DNA from: a virus
IMG/VR virus record: IMGVR_UViG_3300049846_001128
Location: 1-64,000 of that record
DNA length: 64,000 bases
Direction: 5' to 3' (one strand)
Part shown: in pieces, positions 38,252 through 48,190 of the stretch
Layout: every line of letters begins with the position of its first letter
Numbering within the stretch: the first letter of the stretch is position 1
Notes under the pieces: generated by a model
Database searches by the model: none
Seen by the model: only the letters and a program-made list of their open reading frames with translations
What the model was told of the DNA's origin: nothing
Made by a program: the position numbers and the translations under genes

Positions 38252-39448
38252 ATGTCTTCAATACTTAAATCAGGTGCTTTGATAAACACCATTCGTCGTC
38301 GTGCGTTCATTCCTAAAAGTCAGGAAACCTTTGTAGATACTGACTTCTTAGAGATGGCTACCGAGGAAATAAACCTTGGTTTAGTACCTCTTATTCAAAA
38401 AATGCACGAAGAGCATTTAATTTATTTTGAAGAAATTCCATTAAGTATTGACGTTTTGAAATATCCTATTCCGGCTAGAGCGCATGGTAATAAGCTTCGA
38501 GATATTTTCCTAGTTGATGAGAATGGAAACCTTTTTGAAATGGCTCGTTATTCATTAGGAGAAATTGCTGAGTTTTCTAGCACTACCTCTTATATAAACA
38601 ACCGTGGCTTTTATTTAGAAAATAATAATATCTGTTTAACAAATTTTGAAGTTAATCAGAACTTTAAGCTGCGTGTTTATTTCTACATGCGACCGAATAA
38701 ATTAGTCTCTGAAAATAGGGGAGCTATAGCTGAGACTATAAATACTACATTTGAACAGGATAATATAAACCCTAAATCGGGCACAATCTATTTGATTTCT
38801 GCAGCAACTTCTGCTGTTATTACAACTAGTGGTCACGGTTTACTCAATGGAGACACAGTTTTAATATCTGGAAGTGATTCCACTCCTAGCGTTGATGGCA
38901 TTTATCCAGTAACTATAATAGACGCTAATACTTTCTCAGTGCCAGTAACTACTACGGTGTTAGGTACTGTTGGGGGTTGGTCTAAACAGTTACAAGTAGT
39001 ACAAATTTCTCTAGACACTGTACCTGATAACTTTGCAGACACTCAATACTATGATGTTGTGCAAAATATTTCTCCAAATAAGATCGTACACTATGATCTT
39101 CAAGCAAATAGCTTAGATCAAACAACACTTAGTATAAGTTTTCCAGCCTCAGAAACCAATCAGCTTGTTAGTGGATTTTTTATAACAGCTGCCGAGGAAA
39201 CAATAGTTCCTAATATTCCAACAGAACTCCACCCTATACTGGCACAAAGAGTTGCTATAGCCTGTTTAGAGGCAATGGGTGATGAGCAAAACAAGCAGTC
39301 AGCAGAGAGAAAGTTAAAGCAAATGGAAGATAACGCTATGACTTTTTTAGACAATAGAGTTGAAGGTGCTCAGGTAAAAATTAAATCAAAAAGTTCTACA
39401 TTAGTAAGCACGTTAAATCAATACGCAAGACGAAATAGAAGGTGGTAA
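38252..39448 (+). CDS. Head-tail adaptor / tail tubular protein A-like, with FCCH-like insertion
   Basis: Position; PNIPTELHPIL C-terminal motif; insert AVITTSGHGLLNGDTVLISG..NTFSV. Confidence 0.6.
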   Translation: MSSILKSGALINTIRRRAFIPKSQETFVDTDFLEMATEEINLGLVPLIQKMHEEHLIYFEEIPLSIDVLKYPIPARAHGNKLRDIFLVDENGNLFEMARYSLGEIAEFSSTTSYINNRGFYLENNNICLTNFEVNQNFKLRVYFYMRPNKLVSENRGAIAETINTTFEQDNINPKSGTIYLISAATSAVITTSGHGLLNGDTVLISGSDSTPSVDGIYPVTIIDANTFSVPVTTTVLGTVGGWSKQLQVVQISLDTVPDNFADTQYYDVVQNISPNKIVHYDLQANSLDQTTLSISFPASETNQLVSGFFITAAEETIVPNIPTELHPILAQRVAIACLEAMGDEQNKQSAERKLKQMEDNAMTFLDNRVEGAQVKIKSKSSTLVSTLNQYARRNRRW

Positions 39449-39451
39449 TAA

Positions 39452-42400
39452 ATGCCTAGCCTAACCGCAAGCCGTGGATTAATTACAAGTCCAAACGAGT
39501 TAGCTAGACCTGACGGAGCACTTGAAATAGCTGATAATGTTGTTATTGACTACGACAACACTATAGAACAACGTCGAGGTTTTGCTGAGTTTGGAGATGC
39601 TACTCCTGACGATGAGCAGATTAAACAATTATTAGTTTATAAAGGTAGGATATTAAGGCATTATGCCGATAAGCTTGCGTTTGACTCTACTGGTTCAGGA
39701 TCATTTGTAGAGTTTAATGGAAGTTATATGGAATTAGCCACTAAGCTTCGTATTAAATATCTAGAGTCTAACGGAAACCTATATTTCACAACAACAGAAG
39801 GGATTAAAAAAATCTCTGCTCTTTCAGCATCTGATTTCACATCTAACGCGGGATATATCACAAACGCTGGTGGAGTTAAGGCTGTAGGATTAGAAGGTAA
39901 AATAAAACCAGAGGCATCTGGGTGGCTTCCGGCTCAGTCAAAAGTTGGCTACAGGATTGCTTGGGGAATAAAAGATGCTAATAATAACGTAATACGTGGT
40001 GTCCCAAGCTCTAGATTAGTTATTACAAACAGCTCTAGTGATGTAAATATTGGTGAGAGATTTACTGTTACAGTATTGAATCATGCTGGTATTTCAGACT
40101 CTGACTATTTTACTTTTGACACTCCTTCAAACAAGTTTGCTTTGTGGTTTGATAAAACAGGTTCTGCTACAGCTCCTGTTGCTGCTGAACTTCTTAATCG
40201 CTCTCTCTATAAGGTTGACATTAAAAACTTAACCCTCGACAACGATGTAGCTGCTCAAATTGCAGCAGTTTTATCAACTATATCAGATATTAGCGTTGAG
40301 ATCAGTACGAATGAAGTAACTGTCAGCAACGTAGATGGTGGGGATGTTTTAGACGCGTCAAACGGTACTTTAGACCCTGCTGACGTAATAGTATCTACAA
40401 TATATAACGGACAGACTGCGGTGGGTACTCCTGCTAATGTGCAGTTGACCTTCACAGTGCCTTACGGTGTTGATTCTGACTTATATTTCTATGAGGTTTA
40501 TAGAACGGCAGTCACAACAGTAACAACTGGCGTTACATTGTCCGATCTTGATCCGGGCGATGAGTGTCAAAAAGTTTACGAGTCAGGCGTTACTCAAGCT
40601 GAAATTACTGCAGGGTCTGTAGTGGTTGATGACATCACTCCAGATACTTTCAGGGAAGGCGGAGCTTACTTATATACAAATCCTGTTACAGGAGAAGGTA
40701 TATTACAAGCGAATGAAGCACCTCCTATTGCTAAAGATATTGCCTTGTTTAAAGGCTCTGTTTTCTATGCAAACACGAAAGAAAGACACAGAAACCAGAT
40801 AAACCTATTGTCAGTGTCTGACTTTATTTCAGGAAGCTCCAAAATACATATAGGTAATTCAAACGGAGTAAGAACGTACACATTTAGAGGCATTGCTGAG
40901 GTTTTGGATTTTACAGTTAAGCCCAAATCTGAAACGGTTGGAAATAGCTATGCTATCATTAACTCAGCTCAAGATAGGATTAAGTATAAAATATGGTTTG
41001 ATAAAGGTGAGATTTACCATACGTTTAACTCAACAACAGATGTTGATGATGCAACAGAAACCATCACCGTTGTTAATCATGGTTTCGCTGACGGGGACTC
41101 TGTTATAGCAGGAGGTGTTTTACCTACGGGATTAACCTCTGGTAATACTTACTATGTTATAAACAGAACCGCTAACACATTTCAACTATCTTCTATGGTT
41201 GGAGGGCTAGCTATAGATTTGACTGATGTGGTGGGAAATGGTACACTGACCCACCTCCCTATCGAACCTGTGGTAGCAGACACTATATCTCTTAGAGTAG
41301 CTCTGGAAACATACCCTGATACGCTTCAAGGCTCTGCAGACGCTTTTGTTGATGCTTTTTTTGACATATCTGATTTCAGTCCAGAAGATCAAGGCTCTGG
41401 GTTGGTAAGAGTTTTCAACACAGACAACGGAGCATCTACTGACCCATCAGAATCCACCCCTGCTTCTAGCTGGACTATTAGTGTAAACACTCAAGGAGCT
41501 GGAGAAGACGCTGGCTTAGGCTATGTGTTATTGTCAGGATTATCCTCTGTTGGTCAATCTGTTGAGGACACAGCTCGCTCTCTTGAGAGAGTCATAAACA
41601 AAGACCCTAATAGTTCGGTAAATGCATTTTACTTATCAGGTCCAACAGACCTTCCCGGTATTCTTCTCTTAGAGGCAAGAAGCTTGTCAGACACTGCGTT
41701 TTATGTGGCAGTTAACGACTCTACTATTTCAGATAAATGGAACCCTTCATTACCACTCTCTGCTACTATAACTGATATTCAAATAGTAGGAAACTTGTTC
41801 ACTACCAGCTCCGCTCATAACTTCTCTACCGGAGATAAAGTTTACATTAACGACAATCCAAACGGTACTTCAGTGGAGTTTTCAGGAGTGTATACAGTAG
41901 CTACTACTCCAAGTGCTACAGAATTTACACTCGCTTCAATTACTGTAACAATAAACCAATCTGCTATTAGTGGACTAGTGTTTGAAACAACAGTAGCTTC
42001 TGATAACTCTGCAAATCAGAACAGGGTTTATTTCTCTAAACCTTACCAGCCTGAAGCTGTGCCTTTGGTTAATTACATAGACATTGGACCTAAAGATAAA
42101 GCCATTCAGAGAATATTGGCTCTGAGAGACTCTTTAATTGTTCTAAAAGAAGAAGGTGTTTACTTAATATCAGGTCCATCTGCTCCGGATTTTTCAGTAA
42201 GGCTTGTAGATAGCTCGGCTTTAACACTGGCTCCAGACACGGCTGTTAACCTTAACAATCTTATATATGTCTTAACAACTCAAGGAGTAGTCACAGTCTC
42301 TGAAACTGGAGTTGGAGTATTATCTAGAAATATCGAGAACAAAATTCAAGAAATTGCAAACTCTAAATATGACTACAAGCTTACCAGCTGGGGAGTGGCA

Positions 42401-43504
42401 TCAGAGTCGGATCGTTGCTACATCATCTGGCTACCTTCTAAGCCATCGGACACTGTTGCAACACAGGCGTTTAGATATAACACGTTTACTCGAGCGTGGA
42501 CTAGATGGACAAAACCGGCTAATTGTGGTCTAGTAAATCTCGAAGACGATAAGATTTATTTAGGAGATGCTTCTGGCAGATATTATGTACTAAGGGAAAG
42601 AAAAAATCTTGAACGACAGGACTACGCTGATCGCGACTTTACGCTCCAGCTACCGACTGAATTCGTGAATGGTACAACTTATGATATTTCCTCAGCTATT
42701 GAAATTGAGGCAGGGGATGTGTTAGTTCAAGAACAGTATGTAGACATTAACAAGTTCAACAGAATGTTAAAAAAGTTAGACAGAGAAGTTGCTTTGTCTG
42801 GAACCTATTTGAGTGAGCTTGAAATGGTTATTGGCGATAACATGGAAGTTTCAATACTTGCCTTGTGGAATAAACTCACCTCTGATGGAATTACGCTATC
42901 CCCTTTATCTGGAGGAAACACTGCAGTTCAACTACAAACTGACTTCAACTCCATAGTGTCAGTTTTAAACGATCCACTGTCAATAACTGGAGCTAAGGAC
43001 TATAAAACAGCCGATGATTTGCTAGTTTACGAAACTCTAATCTTGGACGTTAATATTCCTGCAAATCAAGTCACGGTAAAATTCAGCACTAACTTTCTAG
43101 TTGGAAACGTGCAAGTGTTTAAAGCCATTAAGAGTAAAGTTCAGTATGTTCCTCAGCATTTTGGAAAGCCTGAAACTACTAAGCAAATATCGGAAGGTAC
43201 GTTTATATTTGACCAGACAAACTTCTGGGGAGGAACTGTTGGTTACTCAACAGACAGGTCTTATGACTTCTCCAGCATAAGCTTCACAGAGAAAGGACCG
43301 GGAAACTGGGCTGGCTTTGACTGGGGTAGTGCAGTCTGGGGAGGTGGAGGTAATGAAGTACCTGTTAGAGTTTTTGTGCCAAGAGAGAAGACTCGTTGCC
43401 GATATATTCATATCCAGTTCATGCACAGTAATGCAAGAGAGAAGTGGAGACTGTTAGGAGTATCTCTGGAACCTAGAGAAGTTTCTCCACGAGGGTACAG
43501 ATAA
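39452..43504 (+). CDS. Tail nozzle / tubular protein B-like (P22 gp10 or T7 gp12 type)
   Basis: 1350 aa; GALEIADNV..EQRRG N-terminus, NRVYFSKP propeller, FCCH-like inserts. Confidence 0.65.
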   Translation: MPSLTASRGLITSPNELARPDGALEIADNVVIDYDNTIEQRRGFAEFGDATPDDEQIKQLLVYKGRILRHYADKLAFDSTGSGSFVEFNGSYMELATKLRIKYLESNGNLYFTTTEGIKKISALSASDFTSNAGYITNAGGVKAVGLEGKIKPEASGWLPAQSKVGYRIAWGIKDANNNVIRGVPSSRLVITNSSSDVNIGERFTVTVLNHAGISDSDYFTFDTPSNKFALWFDKTGSATAPVAAELLNRSLYKVDIKNLTLDNDVAAQIAAVLSTISDISVEISTNEVTVSNVDGGDVLDASNGTLDPADVIVSTIYNGQTAVGTPANVQLTFTVPYGVDSDLYFYEVYRTAVTTVTTGVTLSDLDPGDECQKVYESGVTQAEITAGSVVVDDITPDTFREGGAYLYTNPVTGEGILQANEAPPIAKDIALFKGSVFYANTKERHRNQINLLSVSDFISGSSKIHIGNSNGVRTYTFRGIAEVLDFTVKPKSETVGNSYAIINSAQDRIKYKIWFDKGEIYHTFNSTTDVDDATETITVVNHGFADGDSVIAGGVLPTGLTSGNTYYVINRTANTFQLSSMVGGLAIDLTDVVGNGTLTHLPIEPVVADTISLRVALETYPDTLQGSADAFVDAFFDISDFSPEDQGSGLVRVFNTDNGASTDPSESTPASSWTISVNTQGAGEDAGLGYVLLSGLSSVGQSVEDTARSLERVINKDPNSSVNAFYLSGPTDLPGILLLEARSLSDTAFYVAVNDSTISDKWNPSLPLSATITDIQIVGNLFTTSSAHNFSTGDKVYINDNPNGTSVEFSGVYTVATTPSATEFTLASITVTINQSAISGLVFETTVASDNSANQNRVYFSKPYQPEAVPLVNYIDIGPKDKAIQRILALRDSLIVLKEEGVYLISGPSAPDFSVRLVDSSALTLAPDTAVNLNNLIYVLTTQGVVTVSETGVGVLSRNIENKIQEIANSKYDYKLTSWGVASESDRCYIIWLPSKPSDTVATQAFRYNTFTRAWTRWTKPANCGLVNLEDDKIYLGDASGRYYVLRERKNLERQDYADRDFTLQLPTEFVNGTTYDISSAIEIEAGDVLVQEQYVDINKFNRMLKKLDREVALSGTYLSELEMVIGDNMEVSILALWNKLTSDGITLSPLSGGNTAVQLQTDFNSIVSVLNDPLSITGAKDYKTADDLLVYETLILDVNIPANQVTVKFSTNFLVGNVQVFKAIKSKVQYVPQHFGKPETTKQISEGTFIFDQTNFWGGTVGYSTDRSYDFSSISFTEKGPGNWAGFDWGSAVWGGGGNEVPVRVFVPREKTRCRYIHIQFMHSNAREKWRLLGVSLEPREVSPRGYR

Positions 43505-43914
43505 TGGCTAAGCTCTCCGACATTAGAAGAATTATACCAGAAGACTTTGCAAAAGAAGACAGAGATGCTGCTGAGAAAATAGCTGGCTCTTATAACGAGT
43601 TCGCTGACGAGGTTTATCAGCTTATAAACGGGAACTTAGACTTTTCCAATCTGGCAAGAAACAAAGTAACTGTTGATGTTACTTTTAAAACAGATGGCAC
43701 ACCCAACGTTCCAACAAATATTGGAACAACACTGTCTTCAGTCTCCATGATTCACATTGGGAATGTTCAAAACATGACCAATTCATCCGAGAGACTTACG
43801 TCCACTCCTTTTATATCGTGGACTTTTATAGGCAGTGGCATTGTTAAGCTCAATTATGGCATTGGATTTACAGCTGGAAGAAAATATAGGTTAACGCTTG
43901 AGCTGGTTAAATAA
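43504..43914 (+). CDS. Tail-associated protein
   Basis: ORF; TAATG coupling. Confidence 0.6.
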   Translation: MAKLSDIRRIIPEDFAKEDRDAAEKIAGSYNEFADEVYQLINGNLDFSNLARNKVTVDVTFKTDGTPNVPTNIGTTLSSVSMIHIGNVQNMTNSSERLTSTPFISWTFIGSGIVKLNYGIGFTAGRKYRLTLELVK

Positions 43915-43929
43915 GCAATTTTAGACATA

Positions 43930-44211
43930 GCTTTACTTATACAGAACAATTGTTCCTTGAAAGTAAAACCAGTCGCTTGCGAGCAAATTGGGCGAAAGGC
44001 TTGGGCTTTTAACCTAAATTTCTCTCTTCTTCAGTGGTCCAAGTTAGAAGTAACACTGATACTAGCTGGCTTTCCGCTGGGTACTTAGTGGCTTTGCGAC
44101 ACCCAGATGACTATTTCGTTTCCTACGCCGGGTCATACATCGGATTCACTTGTAAATCCTCTATTTCACGGTCCAAACTAGCGAAGATAAGTCCTTGATT
44201 TCTCAAAGACT
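43930..44211 (-). ncRNA. Candidate structured non-coding RNA
   Basis: sigma70 promoter upstream; several stems with G-U pairs and a GAAA tetraloop on the minus strand; no credible ORF; 3' end uncertain. Confidence 0.6.
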
Positions 44212-44216
44212 CTAAT

Positions 44217-44245
44217 AGTATAAAGTATTTGGTAGCTTTTGTCAA
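44217..44245 (-). promoter_or_regulatory. sigma70 promoter for the candidate ncRNA
   Basis: TTGACA-17-TATACT. Confidence 0.8.
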
Positions 44246-44289
44246 TAGAAATAGTAAATTAGCAACCTTATAGTGTAGGTGAGGGCATA

Positions 44290-46887
44290 ATGGCATATCT
44301 ACAAGATGACGAACAAGACGAGAACGCGCAAGGGTTAAATCAAACCTTAGCACCTAGTCAAACAGCTCAGCCTGAACAAGAGCAACAACCTGCTCAACCT
44401 CAGCAAACATCGCAACCCGCCACTATCGGGTCTTCCGCTAGTCCTACCACACAAGCATCAAGCTCCCCAACACAAGTTAATCAAAAGGCTGGATCAGGTA
44501 CTTTTACTAATCTTAAGAAATATTTACAAGCTAATCAGGGTAATAGAATTGCTTCTGCTGCAACTCAAAAAGTTGCCAATTTAGGAACTGGGGCGCAAAG
44601 AGGTATTCAAACCGCTCAAACTGGTTTCGGTCAGAAGGTTGAACAAGGTACTTTAAAAGACAGGCAAAAAGCTGTTCAAGACGTTACTGCCACAACTCAA
44701 GCCGCTCGTCAAGTTCAAGCTCAACAGCCTCAACAACAGCAAGGAGTTTTAGACGTTAACACTCCGACTGCCAATGCTGCTGCCACTGCCGCTCCAGCTC
44801 CTACACCTCAAGTGACTCAACCACAGTACTTAACTGATGAGCAAAAAAATCGTTTTGCTGAGGTTATTAACGCACAATACGAAGGACCGGAATCTATTCG
44901 ACAAGCTGGGCTTTTACAACCAGCTCTAGAGAGAGTGCAGGAAGCAAGTCGTCAAATAAGAAACACGCAATCTACTCAAGGTCGTGAAGAGTTACTCAGA
45001 TCAATGTTTGCCAAGAACCGAGACTACACTCAAGGTCAAAGCAAGCTAGACGCGTTACTTCTCAACACTTCTCAGCAGGGTGTGAATCAGTTACAACAGG
45101 CTGCAAAAGCTGGAGGAAATCTTCAACAGCAGCTTCAACAGGCTGAGAATCTGTCCCAAAACTTGGCGAAAAATCGTGCTCAGGAAATTGCTGGAATTCG
45201 CGAACAAGCTAGGAATGTTTTTACTGGCGAAAGAACTGCCGAAGAGCAAGCCACTGAGCAAAGAATTACAGACCTTATCGAAACTCCAGCAAAAGACGAG
45301 GGCGGAAATCCAATACCTAAGCTCGATGCTAAAGGAAATGCTGTACTAGACCCTGAAGGGAAACCTGTATATCTAACAGAATGGGAAAGACTTCCTGAGC
45401 ATTTTCGTCAATCCTTGATGAATAAAAGTAAGTCCAACAAAGTTATCAAAGCCGAACAGATAGCAGGTCTTAAAGAGCAATATGCACCGCAGATACAAGC
45501 GTATAATGCAGCTAAAGTAAACGTAGATAATTTGCAGAAACAGGCAAGCGATTTAAATCGCAGAATAGTTCAGGCTAGTTTTAAGATTTCAGAAGATAAT
45601 GCAAATGGCGGCCCCATTGATTCAGCAGCCGAGAGGAAGTTCTTAGAAAAAGCTGCTCCAAATTTGGAAAAACTTAAGCAGCAATTAAATCAAAGTAAGA
45701 AAGAGCTATTGTCTATTGAAAAATCACCTGAGTATAAACAATATCAAGCTCAGGTAGCTCAAGCTAATAAAATGAACATGAATCAGTGGGTGCTTTCTCC
45801 AGAAGAGGCGGCAATTCTTGGCGTTGCTTCAGGTGAAGGCTTGTATAACATGCGCCCAGATGACATTCGCACAGTTCAGGCTGAGCGTGAAAAATTAATC
45901 ACTCAGGATGAATTTGCCAGACAACAAGCTCTGGCTCAATTAGCTGGACTTGACGCTGCAAAATTACTACAAAAAGATTTAAAGTATAAAGATCAATCAA
46001 AAGCAGGAACTCAGAATTTAATGAGTGCCTTAGATACTGAAGCGTTTAGAAACCAGCTCAATGAAGCCCAAAGACTTTTTGAAGAAAGCGCAGAAGGAGC
46101 AACTCTAACAGGAGTCGGTAAGAAGAAAGTATCTCGCGGAAATATGTTTGGTAAGAAAACAAAGACTTACAAAGCTCAAGTTAAAGGCAATGTTGCTGAC
46201 ATGCTTAAACAAGCTGGTTACGATATTGACAAGATTGACCCCGGACAAGCTCAATCAATCCTAACAGATGAAGACATGCTTAGCCGATTTCTCGGAGCCA
46301 CAGACACACAAAGAGCGGAACAGGGAAATGTAGGTTTTAGCGGAGCTGAAGGTTCCGTAACAGGAGCTGGTGTAGGCACAACAGTAGGCTCTGCCGTACC
46401 GGGAGTTGGGACAGGAATCGGAGCTGCAATTGGGGCAGGAGTGGGTGGAGCTGTTGGAACTAATAGTAGTCTTGACAATCTGCAATATACATCAGACATG
46501 CTCAAAGAACTTGAAGAAAAGTTTGGAATTAAAGGAGCTGGAGCGATAGGTCAAGCTATTCAAACAGGAAGATCAAAAGCTGGGGATTTAGCCGGAACTT
46601 ACTTACAATTAAATCCATTCACTAATGTTGTGGATGATGTTGGTAAGAAATTAGGGCTTGGTTCTTTATCGAGTGGAATTGCTGGAGCCATCGGTGGAAT
46701 TGATACTGGAGCTATGAAAGCCTACGGAAGTGCTATTGCCAAAAGAAACGCCATTATGGATTTAGAGAAGAAGTACGCCAATTATTTGAAAGGTCAAGGT
46801 TTTGCAAATCGTGCCAATATCGCAGACACCGAGACAACTCGCGCTAGAACCCAAGCACTTCTTGATTTATTAAGCAGGAAGGGTTAA
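44290..46887 (+). CDS. Internal virion / DNA ejection protein
   Basis: Gln/Ala-rich helical protein with glycine-zipper GAGVGTTVG..GAAIGAGVGG. Confidence 0.65.
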   Translation: MAYLQDDEQDENAQGLNQTLAPSQTAQPEQEQQPAQPQQTSQPATIGSSASPTTQASSSPTQVNQKAGSGTFTNLKKYLQANQGNRIASAATQKVANLGTGAQRGIQTAQTGFGQKVEQGTLKDRQKAVQDVTATTQAARQVQAQQPQQQQGVLDVNTPTANAAATAAPAPTPQVTQPQYLTDEQKNRFAEVINAQYEGPESIRQAGLLQPALERVQEASRQIRNTQSTQGREELLRSMFAKNRDYTQGQSKLDALLLNTSQQGVNQLQQAAKAGGNLQQQLQQAENLSQNLAKNRAQEIAGIREQARNVFTGERTAEEQATEQRITDLIETPAKDEGGNPIPKLDAKGNAVLDPEGKPVYLTEWERLPEHFRQSLMNKSKSNKVIKAEQIAGLKEQYAPQIQAYNAAKVNVDNLQKQASDLNRRIVQASFKISEDNANGGPIDSAAERKFLEKAAPNLEKLKQQLNQSKKELLSIEKSPEYKQYQAQVAQANKMNMNQWVLSPEEAAILGVASGEGLYNMRPDDIRTVQAEREKLITQDEFARQQALAQLAGLDAAKLLQKDLKYKDQSKAGTQNLMSALDTEAFRNQLNEAQRLFEESAEGATLTGVGKKKVSRGNMFGKKTKTYKAQVKGNVADMLKQAGYDIDKIDPGQAQSILTDEDMLSRFLGATDTQRAEQGNVGFSGAEGSVTGAGVGTTVGSAVPGVGTGIGAAIGAGVGGAVGTNSSLDNLQYTSDMLKELEEKFGIKGAGAIGQAIQTGRSKAGDLAGTYLQLNPFTNVVDDVGKKLGLGSLSSGIAGAIGGIDTGAMKAYGSAIAKRNAIMDLEKKYANYLKGQGFANRANIADTETTRARTQALLDLLSRKG

Positions 46888-46890
46888 GTC

Positions 46891-47253
46891 GTGAAGAATC
46901 CTTCACTCTACGCTGATTTTGTTAAAGAGACAGTTGGTTGGGAAACTTTAGAAGATTCTAACAGTTTTGTAACCTATGAAATACAGAAGATTAAAGGTAT
47001 TCACAACCTTAAAGTTATAGAAATGTTCATCTCCAAAGAAGCCCGTGGACAAAGAAAATGGGAAGATTTGATGGACAAGATTGAGCAAGTTGCCAAAGAG
47101 AATGAGTGTAAAACTATTTCTGCCCAAATCTCTAAAAGCACTAGCGAATTTACGCAGCAAAGAACTGCACACTTATGCAGACTTAACGGAATGCAAAAAA
47201 CATACGAAGATATTTACCAAATTATCTACAGTAGAGGAATAAGAAATGAGTAA
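46891..47253 (+). CDS. GNAT-fold protein (T7 gp13-like position)
   Basis: EMFISKEARGQ..VAKENECK acetyl-CoA-binding-like motif. Confidence 0.6.
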   Translation: MKNPSLYADFVKETVGWETLEDSNSFVTYEIQKIKGIHNLKVIEMFISKEARGQRKWEDLMDKIEQVAKENECKTISAQISKSTSEFTQQRTAHLCRLNGMQKTYEDIYQIIYSRGIRNE

Positions 47254-48109
47254 GAACGCCGGAAAATCGGAAATGTCAGAATCAAATGACTTAATGCGAG
47301 CAAACATTGCCCGTCTTGAAGCCATTGGAATTCCAACCATTGAGGCGCAAAAAATAGCACTTCAAAACCCTGAATTAGTTGAGCCATTAATCGCTGAACA
47401 GCTTGGTGCTTCTGCAATGCAAGACGTTCAAATGGACCCTCGCCTTATGGCGGCTCAACGAGCTGCTTTGGACGAAATGACTGGGTTAGGGCAGACAGGT
47501 CTTGGTGCTGAGGATAGAACTGCTTTTAACCAGCTAAGAAGACAAGCCGCAGCCGCTGCTGAGGCTCAACAAGCTTCTACCTTGCAAGAAATGGCTTCTC
47601 GTGGTATGCTCGACTCTGGTGCAAATCTTGCAGCTCAGTTAGCAGCAGGACAAGCTCAGGCTGACAGAATGAGTCAGGAAGGTGATAGAATTGCAGCTTC
47701 TGCCGCTGAGGCAAGAAGAGCAGCTTTAGGACAGCAAGCAAATATGGCAAGTCAAATGTCAGCTCAAGACATTGGCTTAAAAACAGGCAAGGCTTCAGCA
47801 GCTGACACTATTGCTCAGTTTAATGCTCAGCAAAGAGCCGGTGTAGGCGCAGCTAATAAAGCGTACGAGCAGCAAAGAGCCAACCAACTTGCAGGTCTTA
47901 GACAGCAAGAGGAAATACATAACAGAGGACTTGTTCAGCAGCAGTTCCAAAATAAGATTCAAAAAGCTGGGGGAGTTGCTCAGCAGCAAAGCCAAATGGC
48001 TGCTAATCTTCAGAACCAAGCAGCTGCAGCTCAACAGGCTCAGCAAGCAATGACTTCTGGATTATTAAACCTTGGCGGAACTTTAGGAGCCGCAGCTATA
48101 AAAAAGTAG
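47246..48109 (+). CDS. DNA ejection (pilot) protein; possible -1 frameshift extension to 48189
   Basis: Ala/Gln-rich; ASRGMLDSG motif; ends in A AAA AAG TAG. Confidence 0.7.
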   Translation: MSKNAGKSEMSESNDLMRANIARLEAIGIPTIEAQKIALQNPELVEPLIAEQLGASAMQDVQMDPRLMAAQRAALDEMTGLGQTGLGAEDRTAFNQLRRQAAAAAEAQQASTLQEMASRGMLDSGANLAAQLAAGQAQADRMSQEGDRIAASAAEARRAALGQQANMASQMSAQDIGLKTGKASAADTIAQFNAQQRAGVGAANKAYEQQRANQLAGLRQQEEIHNRGLVQQQFQNKIQKAGGVAQQQSQMAANLQNQAAAAQQAQQAMTSGLLNLGGTLGAAAIKK

Positions 48110-48146
48110 ATAGCAGTGGTCCAGACGCAGCTGGTGGAACTACTGC
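48085..48146 (+). other. Programmed -1 ribosomal frameshift cassette
   Basis: AGGAG 48085-89, A AAA AAG 48100-06, stem-loop 48113-48146. Confidence 0.7.
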
Positions 48147-48190
48147 ATACAGCACAGATTATTTAAACGGTAATACAGGAAAATATTAGC

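Noticed and set aside
44123-44353. 76-aa minus-strand ORF over the ncRNA candidate
   Set aside because: It starts upstream of the promoter, antisense inside the ejection gene, with no RBS; the RNA stems explain the region better.
47003-47012. ACAACCTTAA copy of the late motif
   Set aside because: Lies inside a CDS and lacks the TATA/TAGT tail; may be chance.
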